DNA of 37,771 nucleotides, from NCBI GenBank assembly GCA_030704615.1, contig JAKLZA010000354.1, forward strand, positions 1 through 37,771, written 5' to 3'. The position numbers and the translations under genes were made by a program. Below the pieces are notes generated by a model. The model ran no database searches. It saw only the letters and a list, made by a program, of their open reading frames with translations, and had not been told where the DNA came from. Below, in pieces: positions 1-12,671 of the stretch (positions within the stretch are counted from its first letter, which is position 1; each line of letters begins with the position of its first letter). The DNA is from Takakia lepidozioides (lineage: Eukaryota > Plantae > Bryophyta).

Positions 1-1117
1 CTTTTCCATTTGTGAGATGTTGAGCAGCTTTTACTCACCCAATCCTTTACTATCCGAGGTGGAAACCCAAAATAAAAGAGTTGGATATCACTAAGTACTC
101 CACCCGCTCAGAACAATCAGTCATGACCTACAACTACTGTATCATGGGGGTGTTTTCCTAATTCTATTCTTTTTCTTGCATTCATGTTTAGTAAGTTACC
201 TTACTTGCCATCAGATTGCTTCTGCAATCTACCATGTTCCATCTACTTAAGCATTCATTCCACAGCTTCACTCAGATCTCTCTACACAATGTGAATATGA
301 AATATGAATCATATTAATGCCTATCAAAGTATCAGGCCAAAGCCATGGTGTCTCTATTTTACCCTATAGTATATCTCTACAGCTTGCATGTATCAAGCAT
401 CGTCAGATCGTGTCTCCTTCTCCACTATGCTCTCCATCCCTATGCTCCAGATCGTGCTTCCCTCCCTAATGTTAGTCGTGATCCAAGAAGTGACCCCCTC
501 CATGTAGCTACTCTGCCTATTCTACCTGCAAGCTATTCTAACCGCCTAAAGAACTAACTGTCATCCAAGACAGAACCCACGTTCCCTCTGCAGATGTCGT
601 TCCCTCCCGTGATGATAGTTCTCTGTGAACGTTGTGACGGCCTGTGACCGTTGTGACGGCCTGTGACAGTTGTGACGGACTGTGTTGGCTGTGTTGGGCT
701 GTGAAGGCTGTGTCGGGCTGTGATACCATGACAGGCTGTGTCGGGCTGTGTAAGCCTGTGACTGTTGACTATGTAAGCCTGTCTGCCACCCCTAAGGCCT
801 GTGTTAGTCTGAGTCTACCACCCTTAAGTCTGCGCAAAATTAAGGGTATCCCACAAAACCCATAAAATTATATAAGTCCCAGACGACCCTCTAACATTAT
901 CCCTCCCCCTCTCAAAAGTCGTGCCCTCACGGTTTACTGCTTAGGATCAGCAAACCTTTGTGAACGAACACCCTTTTGCTAGTGAGAGTCCCTCAAAGGC
1001 TCTGTGTATGAGCCCGAGCCGTGTCTTTGGCTAGTGGGGATGATTGTCGACTAGATGGAGCTGACTGCCCTGCTTTGGCTGATAAGTAGACAATTTCTCA
1101 GGCATAGGAGATCCCGT
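1..1117 (-). mobile_element. LTR-retrotransposon remnant (3' internal end, PPT and part of an LTR), cut by element A
   Basis: The minus strand reads a purine tract GAGAGGGGGAGGGATAA (913-897) directly followed by TGTTAG at 896, a PPT/LTR junction. Short TGTGACGGCC-type tandem repeats lie at 630-800. No intact pol ORF; the far LTR boundary is not determined. Confidence 0.45.
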
Positions 1118-1184
1118 GAGGTTTACTATTTCATGAGCGCATGAGCCCATGAGCCTATGAGCCTATGAGCTCATGAGCGGGCAT
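1118..1184 (+). repeat. Left TIR of element A with tandem ATGAGC sub-repeats
   Basis: GAGGTTTACTATTTC is followed by repeated ATGAGC units ending in ATGAGCTCATGAGCGGGCAT, mirrored at 14695-14751. Confidence 0.85.
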
Positions 1185-1282
1185 CCGCGGAATTGGAATT
1201 TTCCTGCCTTTATTGACGGTGTTATGTCCTCTTACCTCGGTAATAGGGTCTGTTTCTCCTGGTCCAGGATGCGGAATGAGGA

Positions 1283-1561
1283 ATTTCGGCGCCGTTATTC
1301 CCAAGAGCAGTGTGCTAAAATGGTGTTTTGAAGACATCCACCGGGGTATTTCGGCACCGAAATTACCTCTTAAAATGTGATATAGTGCGGTATTTAAAGG
1401 CGCAGAACGGGCAATTTCGGCGCCGAAATACCCAAGTGGAATGTGGTGAAGTGCCTTGTGCTGAAGGCTTCCATCGCGATATTTTGGTGCAGTAATTCAT
1501 CCGTGGAATTTTTGAGGCCCATATAACGAAGGCGCAAACTGGGCTATTTCGGCGCCAAATT
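1283..1561. repeat. Subterminal spaced palindromes (ATTTCGGCGCCGAAAT family)
   Basis: Copies start at 1283, 1348, 1414, 1481 (degenerate) and 1546, a 65-67 bp spacing. Confidence 0.8.
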
Positions 1562-1808
1562 TCCCAATAGGAATGTTAGAAACGGCAGGGTTTTCATGGC
1601 TTCAAGTTCCCGGCTCGATGGTGTGCATAAATTACTTGTAGGGTTCTTCACTGAAGTTTGCGTCTCTTCTGCTTTTATTATAGATTTTGGTTGGCGGAAG
1701 AAATGTAGGGAATGGACAAGCAGTCTGAACACAATGATTTTTCAAATCGTCAATATTTTCATTAAGTGTTTCAGAACTGTACAACAAAAGGATCCAAATG
1801 AGACTTTG

Positions 1809-4800
1809 CTATGGTGAGGATCCGCTATCACTGTCCGATGCATCCCCGCCCTCATGCAAGGATGGCTGCCTTCCACCTGCCTCCGAACCTGCACTGCCGC
1901 TACCGCTGTTACTCTGAGAAGCCCTCCCCTCAAAAATACCATCCTCACCAGCCGGAACTGTCCACCTGGGTGCGGAAGTGTCCTCAACATTCCCCTCGCT
2001 CTCGGACGCGGATTCTATTACGAACTTCCCTACTCTGCCTTTCACAATTCTATGTTTGGCCTCACGCCTCATTATAATTCTCTGCTCATTCCCGTATGTC
2101 AATTGCTCTAACCGAGTAGGCCTATCCTCCCTCCTGATGGCTTCTTTGGCAGCCGTGTCTGCATAGGCTGGTAGAAAAAAGGGCTTCTGGGGACTCGCGA
2201 GAAACGATTTTCTGGCAAAGAATGGCCGATGCGATTCTGTCTCCTCCTCTGCAACAGGGTCCGATTCGGCAAGTCTCCCAGCTTCTCCTCGTCGGACGAC
2301 TCTGCAAGGCTGAGTGTACGCACAAACATAGAATGAAGTACATTAGAGAATTCAAACAGGGAATCATCGGCAGGTTGCATGGTCCCTACAACCGAAACCA
2401 ATACACTTACTATGGTGCAACTCACTCGAAGACAGGCATTGGGGGAAGCGGCTTCGGGCGCCCCTGCATCGAACGAATTTCCCGGACTTCCTCCTCTTCA
2501 TCTTCCTCCTCTCCTTCCACGTCCTCTTCTGCGTTTTTGGGATCCTCAGTCGGAGGCAGACGCTGAAGGCCCGCCAAATTGTAATCGTACAAGGCCGTAT
2601 CCCCCTCAAATGAGAACACAAATCGGTTCGACATCCTTCCCGCCCACATACAGGCACCTGCGAATTCATACGACACAACCACAGCCAAACTCAAGAATGA
2701 GTCGCTTCCTCGCACAAGCAAACATACAGAAACGGAAATGGTGTCAATTTCGGTGCCGCATTCAATTAACGTTCTCACCTGTATTTGCAGTGACGTCAAG
2801 GACCCTGCCTTCAACATCCGTACACGTTTCCATGAGCGTCTGGATGAATGCAGGACTCCTGGTCCTGCCATACCTCCATGGCTTGCCCGACAAATCACAA
2901 AGAATGTCCTTCTCTCCCACATGGTTGAACAGGACGTTATACTCCAGTGGATCAACTGTGGAATCAACAAGTCTTCCTGCTTCACGTAATTTGAATTTCG
3001 AATGTTCCTTCACGAAGCAAAATGCCTGAAAGATAAGAGTCTGCAGAGAAGGAAATGAAAACGTCAGAGGTGGCCTACACGTACAGGGGCAATTTCGGCG
3101 CAGAAATTGACATAGCAGAGGAGAACCACAGCATACCTTCTGGCCATCGTTGAGAAGACCCTGCGTGTTGATGCAAGTCCAGATCTTTTTCAGGATGGGT
3201 GCTGCACTTCTCCCCGTCCATACTTTGATATCATTCTCAGTGACTTCTCCATCGGCTGCTAGCACAACAACACAGCCAACGTCGTCCAACATGTTGGCTG
3301 CGAACCCGAATGTGTGGCTCCAGTATCTTTCGTCGTACTTGTTCCACCAGGGAACTGAGCCCAGCCCCAGTATCTCCTGCCCATCCGGGATATCCACAAG
3401 GATCATGTCGATGGAGGCTTTCACCGCCCTGCCCCCGACTGTGCTCTTTTTGCCGTGGCTCATCGCCACAAAATACTCCATCATCTTTGTGTAGCCAGGA
3501 GTGTCCTCCATATCATTGCCAGTGGCCTTCCTCTTCCCCTTCCCCTGGTGGGCCTCGATCGCCTTCCTCAATCTCGTTATCTCCAGCCTTCTGGTCAGAG
3601 CAGTTAGGAAATTTTCATTAACACACTCCACAATTGTGGGTGTTTTGAGGACTTCCCTGCCCGCAATGTGCACCGCACGGTAGGGTCTGCCAGGTGCATC
3701 CTCGTATAGTGATCTCTTCGCAGCCGACCCCCGAGCGCTGGCCCTTGTGAATTTTCGGACGAGGTGTGGCCCCCTGGGTGTTTTCCTGCTGGAAATCGTC
3801 GTCGGAATCCTCCTCATCTGGCTGACTGTGTTGCTGCTTCTTCTTCTTGGGTGTGGGGGTCTTCGTCTCTTGCCCCTGTTTGCGCGTTCTTTTCTTCCTG
3901 TCCTTGGGCTGCTCAGCTGCCTGCTTCTCCATCTGCTCCTTCGCCAACGCTGCCGCCTTGGCTGACTTTCTCAGTGCTTTCTGCTTGGCTGCCTCCTCTG
4001 CTTTCAGTCTTTCCGCGTCCTCTGGTTGGGGATCCGATTGCGCCTTCATAGCCCTGGCATTCGCTTCCTTCTTCAAGTTAACCTCCGAGAGGTCAACGGT
4101 CCCACTTGGGAGATCCACATACCAGGGGCAGTCTACCAAATGCTCGGCATGCCACTCCTTCGCCATTACTTCTGTGTACATCGTTCCACGACCTCCAGGT
4201 GTCCTCCACGCCAGGAAGAATGGTGGAACCCTTTGAATGGCTCCGGACGGAATGAGTGCAAAGTTTATGTACCTGCAATCACGAGGCAGTTCAACAAAAA
4301 TCATTCTACCGATGCATCATGCAAGTGGAAGTTGTCAATGCACAAGGTATTTCGGCACCGAAATACGGAGTGGACCGTGCCCCAATTACCCAGAACTCAC
4401 ATCTTGCAGAGGTATATTTCGGCGCCGCAATATCCATCGCTGCTTAACCAAATCATCTAAACTGCAAATAGGGGGATGCATTGTCAGCAGATTACCTGAA
4501 CAGGACACGCATTGCCGCTTTGTCGGCACCCTCCTGCTCTTCGATGTATACGCTGCGTCTTGCCTTTGCAATTTCTCTGAAAAAGAGGTTTGCGAAGCGC
4601 CCTCGCCAGGACTGCACGTAGTTCTCCATTGTCTCAGGCTTCGTCCAGTCGATCTGTAACTTGAAAGTGGTGGTGTTGCAGTCCAATTGCTCCTGGGCGT
4701 GGGTCAGTACCTGCATCATGGCAGGTTTCCAAAACATTCATGATTTTGAAATTGCGACGATGTCCAACACAGAATAGGAGAAAATTATACCTGATGCCAC

Positions 4801-6902
4801 CAAGTCCCAGATTCGCACCAGCTCGTCCGTACAGCCACCTCAGCCACCTCACATCGGTCAGACAAGAACTCCAACATAAGAATCGCGAGAAGTCACAAAA
4901 CAAGAATAAACACATGCTTACCTTCTCCGCCGGCTCAACACAGGACACTGCGATGTGATGAAGTTTCTCCATGGACATTTCCGGTTTCATGGGTCTGGAG
5001 TAATGCAGTCCTATCTCCGCCAGGAACTCGGCACCAAGACCAGGGTCAGCGATTGCAACTTGCTTAACAAGTTTGGACCTGTACTTGGTCCGGGATTGCT
5101 TCCCTGCCTGCACAATATGACTCTCTATCGACGCGTCCGCGCCTTGTTGGGGGCATCATTCTCAAAGAACTGCCTTTTGGCATAGGCCAAGTCATCCCTG
5201 ATGTTCGTCTGCATTCCCATACCCAGCAGATACAGTCAGGCCACGGATCCCTGCAACAAATAACATTAAATTGATACTGAAATTTGAGATGAACCTCACC
5301 GAATAGAGGATCTCCACCATGGCGTCCAGTGTTGGTCGGTACCAGGTGCGATCTGCTTTCGCTAGGGACTTCCTGTACAGCTCGGGATCGAGGGACTTTT
5401 GGAAGTCCGTCAGCGGAGCTGTCCCCACTTCTTGCACTCTGTAGAGCGTATGTGCCAGATGAGTTTCCACGAAGGCCCTCTCTGTTACCCTGCCATGGAG
5501 AAAAAAAACAACATGAAAATATGATTTCGGCACAGCAATCCAATTTCCAGTTCATAGAGTGCATGACAGTGGTGAACATTGCCTATTTCGGCGCCGCAAT
5601 AGGCAGTACACAAGGATGTAATTGTATACTTACAGATTTATATCCGCCATGGCACCCTTCAACAGTCCTCTGTCCCTGACGTCCACCTTCACGACAATGC
5701 AGTCCACCATGTAATGCCAACTGATATCTTGCGGATGCATTTCAGCAATGTACTCTGTCCAGGCAAGCATCCTGTGGTTCCCGTCCCAAACGAAGAACAT
5801 CTTCCCTTCCATGTGTGCGAATGTGGTTAGTCTTCAGATAGGCTTCAAACTCGGCATTAACAGTGTGCCAGTGGGGGCCCCAATTCTGAAGCTCCTCTGC
5901 AGTGGGGCCCCTTGTGACACCCTGGTCATTCTCAATGGAAACGTAGAATGCTGCCGACCCCCGTCTGTACCCTTCTCTGAAGTTGTGCTTCAGTCGATCG
6001 ATATCCCCTGGCAGTGCTTGCCTTACAACTGGAAGGCTTACCATGCGACACAAAGGAACTTTGAGGTTCTCCGGATACACCATGGAGCCCAAAACGCGGC
6101 CTATGTTGCTATGAGTCTCTGCCAGCAACCTGTTTGCTGCTATGTTCATGTCTCGTGCGCTCATGAGCATACCCGCCACCAGTTTCTTACTTGTATCACC
6201 TCTGTCACTTCCCTCACCCCTCTCACCAGCCTGTGTACTGTCCTGGAGGTTTTGCTCCTCCGCAAGCTCCAGCAGGTTCTGATCGTCGCCAAGTCGTACC
6301 ACGTTATCGTCCTCTCCTTCTGTCAGCTGAATGGGCCGCCCTTCTGCAGATCCGACTCCCACATCTCCAGCGGCCTCCACCGCATCTGTGTTTTCTGAAA
6401 TTGACTGCAAACCCAATATCTCCGCTTCCAGTCTCCCTAGGGGTTTTACTGGCGAAGCCATGGGCTCCTTCTGCTTTCTCGGCTTCCGAACTCTAGGTGG
6501 GCTTTTCGGAGGCGATATCTGAGGTGTTGAATGAGGACTCGTCTGCCTCGATGCACTTCCACCTTGTGAGCGCAGCACCCGGGCAGGAGTATCCAAAGTT
6601 GACTGTGTTGCCTCGCCCCCCTGCGATCCCTCCCCAGCTCCCATGTCAAACAAACAGGAAAACATGAGACACTGCACGCAAAAAAAAGGTGTAAAAGGAA
6701 TATTGCGTATGGAGTGCTTCACATCCGCGAAGCACGAATCTCTCACTGGTGGGCGATCCGAGTCTCCGGATAACGAGGTCTGCATTTCATGCATGAGACG
6801 GAGCTTAAGTCGTGTCGTCGGCGGCTTCCCAAAATCCCGCGTCCTCCTCTTTGCCGGAGTCGCCTGACCTTCCACAAACTCTATGCTACCACTATGCCGC
6901 AT
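1809..6902 (-). CDS. Multi-exon ParB/Srx-domain + beta-class amino-(N6A/N4C) DNA methyltransferase-like protein (element A copy; two apparent 1-bp frameshifts)
   Basis: ParB-like MFFVWDGNHRMLAW at ~5800-5760. MTase motif IV IDMILVDIPDG at ~3400; X-I region RSPAFIQTLMETCTDVEGRVLDVTANTG at ~2860-2779, spliced to ACMWAGRMSNRFVFSFEGD (2657 downward); last exon 2301-1809. Exons and several intron phases match the element C gene. Frameshifts at ~5825 and in the C5 run 3728-3732. The true start is uncertain. Confidence 0.8.
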
Positions 6903-7149
6903 AAGGAGAGGAAACGCAGGAGAACGTCACTGCAGAAGGGCAAGGAGCGAGAGAGCGAAGCGGTGGAACATGCAACCACTATGCACGAGCAGATGCGTAA
7001 GCAGCCACGTCTCCCGAAGCGTTGCCACCGTCCACCACTTTTTGCCGTATGGGTGATGAAGAGATTGTGACCCCTGACACGTTCGCACGGATGAAGTCGA
7101 CTGGAACACGACGCGTGCCAGTTCCAGCCACCAGTACAAGACGGTTTAT

Positions 7150-8890
7150 CCGAATTGCGGCACCGAAATACCTTCCGTTCACCGGATGCTGTTCCCGGAG
7201 CAGCCGGCATTGAATGAAATATCCGCACATCATGAAACCCAACCGCCATGAAAATCCCCTGCCTATGACATTCAACAGTCAGGTCGGTACGTTTCATCAG
7301 CGGACGGATGAATTTCGGCGCCGAAATTCATCCTATTCAAGTGCTTTCATACACAAACTTACGAATTTCGGCGCCGCAATTCATCGCTTCCGAAGTCCTC
7401 ATCCGTCATGAGCAAACCTGTCAGTGGGATATCGGAGCCGGAATTAATTCCGGGACAGTGAAAACGGTTGCACTTGGGCACATTTCATCCATATTTCGGC
7501 GCCGAAATTCATTACGAATATCTCCGTCCGCGCGTAGACGAGGTGAAATCATCATTATTTCGGCGCCGAAATTCATCCAGAGCGAAGACTAAATCGGCAC
7601 CATGCTACGCTTTGCCGCCATCATTGCCCCTGACGGATGCTGTCCATGCCTGTTGGACTTGCCATTTCTGGACATTTAACTATAATTTCGGCGCCGAAAT
7701 TATACTTTATGTGCGGCAACGTCCCGTGCGAAAAAGACCACTTAATGGATACTGTCGGTTTCAAATGAAAAAAAACGGCTAAAATGCAATTAATTTTGAC
7801 AGAAGTGGTTTAATATGCCGATTTCTCCATTAAATGCAGAATATTCCTGTTATATTCGTCGGAACGGGGTATTTCCAACGATTTACGGAAAATTATCATC
7901 CAAAAGCAAAAAGTAAGTGCCGGGTTTGGACGAATTTCGGCGCCGAAATTCATCCGTCGCATAGAAAATGTAATATTAGAGTTACTCATTGCGGACAGTA
8001 AGGATGAATTTCGGCGCCGAAATTGATCCATTTCAAAGAAAAATAAATATTGGAGGGAGGGCATTGGATGAATTTCGGCGCCGAAATCCGGCGCTCAAAC
8101 CCTGAAAAGAATTTGGAGGGATGAAGTCGGCTGAATTTCGGCGCCGAAATTCATTGCTCGCGAAGAAAAAAAAAATTCGGGAGGACTTCGGATGAATTTC
8201 GGCGCCGAAATTCATTGCTCGCGAAGAAAAAAAAAATTCGGGAGGACTTGGATGAATTTCGGCGCCGAAATTCATTGCTCGCGAAGAAAAAAAAAATCGG
8301 GAGGATTTGGTTGAATTTCGGCGCCGAAATTCATTGCTCGCGAAGAAAAAGGAAAATTAAAAGGGAGTACTTGGATGAGATTCGGCGCCAAGTTCATCTG
8401 TCGCAAAGAAAAAAAAAACAAAAAGGACTTCCGATGAATTTCGCACCGAAATCCATCCGCAGGGCAGCAGAATTAGGGTCGGAAAAGGAGATGAAGAATG
8501 AATTTCGGCGCCGAAATACATCCATTCTGCCGATTCAGGATTACTGTCATTCGGAAGTCGGCACCGATATCCGGACACGTGGTGAATCACGACTGTAATC
8601 AGGAACACATTCATCCGTATTTTGGCATCTAAATTCAACCCATATGTGCAGATACAATTTAATGAAGAAGAAGTTCATCCGAATTTCGGCACCGAAATCC
8701 ATCCGTTGGGTGCTTGGTCAGTTTAATGAGGTAACAAATTACGATTTCTGTTGCCAGAATTCATCCCCTGGCTTCCAAAGCTGTTACATGACAGAGATGT
8801 TCATCCAGATTTCGGTGCCGAAATTCATGGGAAGGCCTGATTTATTGTACCCAAGTGGTTGTACATTACAATTCAGGCACCAAATATCCG
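7150..8890. repeat. Intergenic lattice of ~20 spaced palindromes between the divergent genes, including a ~60-64 bp tandem array at 8130-8400
   Basis: Perfect 28-bp palindrome GGATGAATTTCGGCGCCGAAATTCATCC at 7306-7333. Core starts at 7312, 7365, 7429, 7493, 7557, 7685, 7934, 8008, 8072, 8135, 8196, 8256, 8315, 8379, 8438, 8502, 8555, 8619, 8683, 8744 and 8809. Confidence 0.9.
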
Positions 8891-9073
8891 ATGTGAACTT
8901 GCTGTTTCGTCCGTTTTTTAACGTACGTTACACACCTTCATCTTTACGTGCACTGATCACCCATCCTGTTGGATACGGAATCCTCCAGAAAATCATTTGT
9001 GTTATTAGGTAGGACACACTCTTCTCATTGCAGGACTTCGCTGCGGAGCGTACCGAGAGGTCCCGTCTTCAAA

Positions 9074-12000
9074 ATGGACTCCCGTGTTTGGGTCAACGTG
9101 TACTTCCATCCTGATTCTCTGAAAGCTAAAATACCCTGCGACCAAGGATTTGCGATTGTCACTGAGCAGTACTTGTGTGTGAAGTTCGGGCTCCGCCCTG
9201 GAACGGTGTTTTTGGAAGAGGAGACGAAGGATGCTTATGGAAATTTTCTGGAAAGTGCCGTCATTCTGCATGCAGATTTCGGAAAAGGCAAAGAGTGGCG
9301 GCTCCCAGCTTCTGAATCCATCCGGTACAGTGCCATTGGTGAAATCGTGCCTAAAGAGTTCCCACGCTGGAACTTGGTTGATCCTCCTTCCACAAGAGGG
9401 TCTGGCGTGCAAGATGTGAAGGATGTGGGCACCTCTTCACAAGCAGAGAAGCCCAAACATGTGAAAAGGGAAATCCAGGAAAACAGGGAAACAGTCGTCC
9501 ACGACTTATCCAGTGACGATGAAGACTGTATGGTCCTTCCATCGTATGTTTCGAAGTCGTCCGTCACTAGGAGTGTTCAGCATACACCGTCCGACTCAAC
9601 TTCCGTCCGCTCAGTAATCGACATATTGCGGAGGATGAAGACAACGGGTTCCCGCTCCAGTGACCTTCTTAGGCTTGATTACGACAAAACTCCAATCCAT
9701 TCTGTGGAAACTTTGCCTGATGTTGTGGATGGGAATGCTATCTACGAGTTCCCTCCAGTGCCGGCAGGCGCAGGCCCAGACGGCATGCTCGCAGGAATGA
9801 ACAGGAAACATGACGGCCACCCTTGGTGTGTCACCAAAACTTCATCGTCCAACCTGGGTGATGGAGTTCGAGTGAGATATGTATTGTGTGCTGGGCATCT
9901 TAAATGTTTCTCGAGCACATGTTACCATTACACTAGCAAAGGCACCAGGAATGAGACTGACTGGATTGGCAATTCGTCGACCCCATTTTGGCCTCAAGGT
10001 AGAGTTCCTGCAGGGACGTTCAAGTGTGCCCATTGCAACGCAGCCCCTACGTGCATGGCAGTGTGCAACGCCAAGCAGTACTACGTCGGGACCGTCGGCC
10101 CAGCGTGCACCAGAGCATGCATTCACATCGGAAAGCATGAGCACCCCCTCGCCAGAGGCAATTGCAGAGTCGCTTTTCAACAAGCCCAGGATATTATCAA
10201 GGAGGAGGTGAGGTTGAGGCCGGGTGCAAAACCAAAGCAGATACAGCTCGCATCGGCACATAGGATTGCAATTGGCAGAATAATGTCGGAGGACGGAAGC
10301 ACAAGAGAGAAGCTGGGCGAGGGGGACATGAAGGACCTGCTGGAAGCTGTCTCCCATGTGTGCAGCCCCAATGTCAGGAACCACATTGTCAGCTGCAAGA
10401 AACGAATCGGAAGAGGATCAGACATGCACTCCATCTTGGAAGTGAAGCGCACATGCGGCTACGACTTCATCCAAGGCAGCTTCTTTCCTGGTCAAGGCTC
10501 GGAGACGGACAGGTGCTTCATATTTAAGATGTCAACGTGCGGACCGGGGAGCGGCGTCGATTTGGTGAAGCGGATGACCAGTGGAGACCTCTCAAATTGT
10601 TGGGTCATGTTCGACCACATCCGGCGAATTACCAACCACGATTGGGTGACAATGGGGGCACATGTATACGACCCACATTGCAGAAAGTTGATGACCATTG
10701 CTATCTGCGAAATGAAGGGAGAAGACACAGATTCGGAGTTGCATATGTGGCGCGGAATTAATGAGCAAATGGCGAGAGCCAAGTTGCCCCCTCCCGATTT
10801 TAGGGGCTTCATGGCTGACAATGCCCAGGCAAACTGGGCTGCAGTTAGGAGGGTATATGGGGACGACCCAAAGACTCCAATGGAAGGAAAGGAGAGATCT
10901 TGCGGGTTCCACTTCATGCAGAGTTTGACGCAAAACACGAAAAGGTTCGTGGCGTCACGCCACCGGCAGGATCATATCAGTATGTGCCTAGCGTGGAAAA
11001 ATGCGAATTCCATCGACGAGGCGGAGACCGAGTTTGCAACCATACGCGCCTGGTGGGTGTCTTCAGGGGCAGTGGATGTGAAAGATCAGCCAGAACTGCA
11101 AACGTGGCTTGCGTGGTGGCATTATAGATTCCGCCAGTTTGGAGACTACATGAGACAGGTAACACATTTCTGTACTTGACAATTGTTCTGTTTTGTGCTT
11201 GGACATTCTCCACAATCAGTGACATTCTAATTTCCTTCAACAGGACATGAGCTTGGAGGATGACACGGATATGCCGACGACGAACATGGCCGAATCGGTG
11301 CACTCTTCCTGGCGTGCTTCCTCTGCAGCACATCTCGTTGACATGTTGACAGCAACAACAGAAGATATTGTGAGGGCCATCATGCAACAATCTCATTACT
11401 ACCAGTTTCTGGGAGGAAAGCAATGGGGTATCGGACCAGACAGGCAGGAGATGCTGATGAGGGCGGCGCATCGTTCGACCGATCCCAAAAAATGGACTGC
11501 TGCATTGCGGGAAACAATAAGGTCAACGCCGTTACACAGTCGGGGGAACTGCCTGGAGGGCGATGTCCGCAGCCGGCCGGTGAAGAGAAGAATTGAGGAC
11601 ATGCCCGGAGGGGATGGGGATTCATGGAGATCAGATATGAACATCCGCACTCAACCTCGGGGCGCAACGATGTTGCGTCCCACGCCTCCACGAAGCAGGA
11701 CTCGTACCCCCTCTCCTGCAGCATCCATGGAATCGCTGCCAGACTCGGGACAACATGCCGAGGATGGGCATGTTGCTCCTGTTTTCGTTACCCAATACAA
11801 CATTCCAATCGTGGAGCGAGATGTGTCGGCCTCGCAGTGGAGAATTGCACGGACCCGTCCGACATTTCGTGGCAAATGTTGTGCTGTTCGTGTCGACACC
11901 AACCAGAGATGCAATGAGATGATTCGGAGGAGCCCGCAGGGCGGTGTGCCTGCCCCTTGCTTCACAGGGAGATTTGTGTGCGCAAAGTTTGTGGAGGCCA

Positions 12001-12671
12001 CACTGAAGGAGTTTTGGTTCTGCAGGCACGACATCATGTCGTGTGTGTTCGGCAAGCCCAAGTATGGTGTACAAGGCATGCCTGAACCACCGGCAGTCTG
12101 GCCTGTGGCAAGTGGTACAGATCTTACCCTGGAGGAGGCAGACGCTCTAGGAAGTGCAGGGTTTCGACTGGTGGAGAGGACAGACGTTCCACGAAATCCA
12201 ATTCCCAATCGTCATCCTCCTCCCACGAGAAGCTCTTCGCCCCGCATACCGGTGGGTGACCCCGCAGCTTGGCCCACCCATCGGTGGGGGAAACTGAAAA
12301 GACGGCGGCCACCAACAAAGGCGAACGACACCAGGATGGCCAACGCTCTTGCAATGCCCTGCATAGTGCAAGGTTGCAGGGATGTTCCTCACCCCGGGAT
12401 GGGGCGCATATTTCAGTTGTCAACAGCCGGGTCTGCTGCGCGCAGTGTCGTGTATGCAATCACGGTTTCACAGTACCCAGCTTGCAACTGTGAGGACTTC
12501 CTTGTTATGGAATCGAAGAATGCAGCATACGTCCCCTGCAAACACCTTTATTACATTTTTATGAAGCGCATGAGTTGCATATCCGCAGTGGACGTCTTCA
12601 TCCATGCTCCAACACTGAGTTTCAACGAGCTGCACAAGGCCCTACGGCAGGATACTGGTCGGACTGCTTGA
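9074..12671 (+). CDS. MULE/Mutator-type DDE transposase, 2 exons (9074-11158, 11244-12671), ~1170 aa
   Basis: Catalytic-type motifs MFDH, FMADN, CGFH (CxxH) and TTNMAES. N-terminal GCM/WRKY-like Zn domain ending GKHEHP; C-terminal SWIM (CNC...PCKH). Phase-0 GT-AG intron joins two open frames. Confidence 0.9.

Noticed and set aside
2379-3029. Plus-strand ORFs of 200+ aa (also 5748-6398, 22807-23484 and 35737-36384)
   Set aside because: Antisense shadows of real exons in GC-balanced DNA, with no recognisable motifs.
7308-8638. Short ORFs with repeated NFGAEIH / EFRRRNS / ISAPKF peptides
   Set aside because: These are translations of the palindrome in different frames on both strands, not proteins.
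9074-12671. Host FAR1/FHY3-like or SWIM-domain gene, or a KDZ/Zisupton transposase
   Set aside because: Multiple diverged copies, terminal repeats, a 9-10 bp TSD and the D..D..CxxH..E pattern fit mobile MULEs.
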